NCBI GenBank assembly: GCA_965215885.1
Contig: CBDCEW010000096.1
Location: 1 to 64,000, forward strand
Length of the DNA: 64,000 nucleotides
Direction of reading: 5' to 3'
Source of the DNA: Candidatus Moanibacter sp.
Lineage (GTDB): Bacteria > Verrucomicrobiota > Verrucomicrobiia > Opitutales > UBA2987
Position numbers and translations under genes: made by a program. Shown one piece after another: positions 62,122-64,000 of this stretch. The notes beneath the pieces are model-generated. The model saw only the letters and a program-made list of their open reading frames with translations. It made no database searches and was not told the origin of the DNA. The stretch's first letter is position 1. Each line of letters starts with the position of its first letter.

Positions 62122-63270
62122 CTATGGCATTCCAAGCTCCTGACAGAAGGTATTAAAGGGGAGAATGCGTTGTCCCGTTTCTTCGTCACCAAAGTCGTTA
62201 TGACCGATGTGAACGAAGAAGAAACGGGGAATGTCGGTGCGTTGTCTGAAGTATTCAAACCTTGAGGAAGCTTTGGATTCGTTGAGCTTGCATTCTACAG
62301 CGAACTCAGCCTTCCCATCTCTTAATACGACAAAGTCGACTTCTCGTCTATCCGTATCACGGATGAAGCGAAGCTCCATTTCGAAGCCTTCTGTGTCTTC
62401 GATGTAACAGCAGTACTTTAGCAGTTGGCAGGCCACGAGATTTTCAAAACGGGCGCCCGCGTCGGATACTCGAGTCCAATCCCAGAAATAGAGCTTGTTC
62501 TCTTTCTTAACCGCACGGATCTTCTTGTGACCAAAGGGAGGAATACGGAAGACTGTATAGAGCCGCTCCAATATCGAGATCCAGCTCTCTATTGTTTCAT
62601 GGGCTACCCCTAACAGAAGACTGATCGAACGAATCGACAGAGGCGACCCAACACATTCAGGTAGATGATTAAGGAGGAGTTCGATTTTGGATACGTCACG
62701 CACCTGCTCCAATTCTCGCAGATCGTCATACACGACTCTTGCCGTGTATTCACGTAACCATCGTCTATGAAATCTGGCAGTCGCTCTAAATAGTGGTTCG
62801 GGAAACCCTCCAAATGATAGTAGCTGCTCCAGGTCGGAAATGGTAGGGCTTCGAGTGAGTTCCATGAGCGAGAGCGGGAAAAGCCTGAGAAAATGGTAAC
62901 GACCCTGAAGCGAATCACCACCTCTTCGATAGTAGTCGAGACGCGCCGAGCCGGTAACCAGAAATGAGATTTTGCTCTTATGTTTGTCGTAGTACCCCTT
63001 GACTAGATTTCGCCAACCTCCGAATTTGTGAATTTCGTCAAATATGACCAATGGCTGCTTCGATGGTAGATGGCCGTCGAGAATGCGCTTTCGGTCAGCC
63101 AGCGAATCCCAGCTGAGGTAGGCAGGATGAGATTCTTTTGCGTTTTCCGGCCGGAGACATTGCAGGGCCAAGGTTGTCTTACCCACTTGGCGTGGCCCTC
63201 CCACAATGACCATTCTGTTTTCCAAATCGGCTTTGACTGCTTCCAAGAGATATCTCTTAACTGGAATCAT
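62122..63270 (-). CDS. AAA+ ATPase (AAA_14 with DUF4143-type C-terminus)
   Basis: GPRQVGKTT, FDEIH, TGSA, SLQGR, EVDFV...VECK. Confidence 0.9.
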   Translation of the reverse strand: MIPVKRYLLEAVKADLENRMVIVGGPRQVGKTTLALQCLRPENAKESHPAYLSWDSLADRKRILDGHLPSKQPLVIFDEIHKFGGWRNLVKGYYDKHKSKISFLVTGSARLDYYRRGGDSLQGRYHFLRLFPLSLMELTRSPTISDLEQLLSFGGFPEPLFRATARFHRRWLREYTARVVYDDLRELEQVRDVSKIELLLNHLPECVGSPLSIRSISLLLGVAHETIESWISILERLYTVFRIPPFGHKKIRAVKKENKLYFWDWTRVSDAGARFENLVACQLLKYCCYIEDTEGFEMELRFIRDTDRREVDFVVLRDGKAEFAVECKLNESKASSRFEYFRQRTDIPRFFFVHIGHNDFGDEETGQRILPFNTFCQELGMP

Positions 63271-63537
63271 AGTATGAGTAATTTCGAAACCACTCTAAGA
63301 TACTCATGAGTAATTTAGAGTAAAGTCTAAAATACCCATGCTATCCATCTGTGCAGACCCTGGAAGAGTTATGTTCTCGGGGTCTGCCAGAGATCGTCGA
63401 ATCGGAAGCCTGTCCTGAGCCAGTCGAATGAATAAACCCCTTTCCCGGCCTGAGCTTGTCGAAGGCCTACACGTGTGGCGGATGATAACGGCACTTGCGC
63501 TTACTGACCGGCAACCTCAATTTCATCGGATCGAGCC

Positions 63538-64000
63538 ATGATTAAACCATTCGCAAACGAAGCAGGAACCAACCGTGTCAACATCACCGTAGACGGCCTT
63601 AACCCGGATGCTCCCGTGCCGGTTCCCGTGCGGTGCGGAGTTCCCCTCCCGAAGGGTCGGATTACGGATCCATCGCAGATCGCTCTGCGGGATGAGGCAG
63701 GACAACCCGTCCCTTTTCAACCCGTGGTGACCGGGTATTGGCAGGATGAATCGCTGAAATGGGTGAACTTGGGATTTTTGGCAGAGGGCGCTTCTTACGT
63801 TGCCGAGATCGGAACCGAAAACGTCGAGGATATCGACGAGTCGCGTATTGTGGTGGAAGAGAGCGATGAGGCGATCGCCATATCCACCGGCCCGCTCAAA
63901 CTCGAAGTTCCGACGACGGGCGCGACCTGTTTCCCCGGCCGGGTCTGGATCGACCGCGACGGGGACGGGGTATTCTCCGACGCCGACTTGGTGAACGAGG
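63538..64000 (+). CDS. Hypothetical protein, N-terminus resembling YetA/exo-rhamnogalacturonan-lyase-like proteins; runs off the window
   Basis: Manual translation ...PVRCGVPLPKG...YWQDESLKWV...ISTGPLKLEV. Confidence 0.55.
   Translation, partial: MIKPFANEAGTNRVNITVDGLNPDAPVPVPVRCGVPLPKGRITDPSQIALRDEAGQPVPFQPVVTGYWQDESLKWVNLGFLAEGASYVAEIGTENVEDIDESRIVVEESDEAIAISTGPLKLEVPTTGATCFPGRVWIDRDGDGVFSDADLVNE

Noticed and set aside
1..64000. tRNA, rRNA, integron attC array
   Set aside because: None recognisable by eye and no integron integrase; a covariance-model search would be needed to exclude small RNAs

Overview
A heavily insertion-scarred accessory region of a Gram-negative bacterium; the pilin, TonB-receptor and sulfatase styles suggest Verrucomicrobiota/PVC (inference). 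Left to right: (i) the start of a minor (pseudo)pilin operon; (ii) a purine uptake and deamination cluster with adenine deaminase, a TonB receptor, two amidohydrolases and an NCS2 permease, several now broken; (iii) an acyl-CoA ligase/Zn-dehydrogenase pair divergent from P450-DUF1152-sulfatase; (iv) a form II CoxSLMG-type molybdenum hydroxylase; (v) a RAYT/REP cassette, adenosine deaminase, a broken nucleosidase, a flavoprotein and an amidase; (vi) a second TonB receptor, a Rieske oxygenase, two thiolase-like genes plus DUF35, a ligase and a CYP125-like P450; (vii) a broken FG-GAP repeat gene, a sulfatase and an AAA ATPase. Seven IS elements, one IS relic and at least three small non-autonomous element families are superimposed. 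The best signal is an IS110 element (60414-62117) whose non-coding end folds into a readable bridge RNA. Its four guide segments match its own flanks and circle junction, and its programmed target is the terminal inverted repeat of a different small mobile element, with an empty perfect target at 40750-40764. Also notable are a DDE transposon flanked by a 43-bp duplication and a 92-bp hairpin element that inserts with no duplication. All protein calls come from motif recognition by eye, not database searches.
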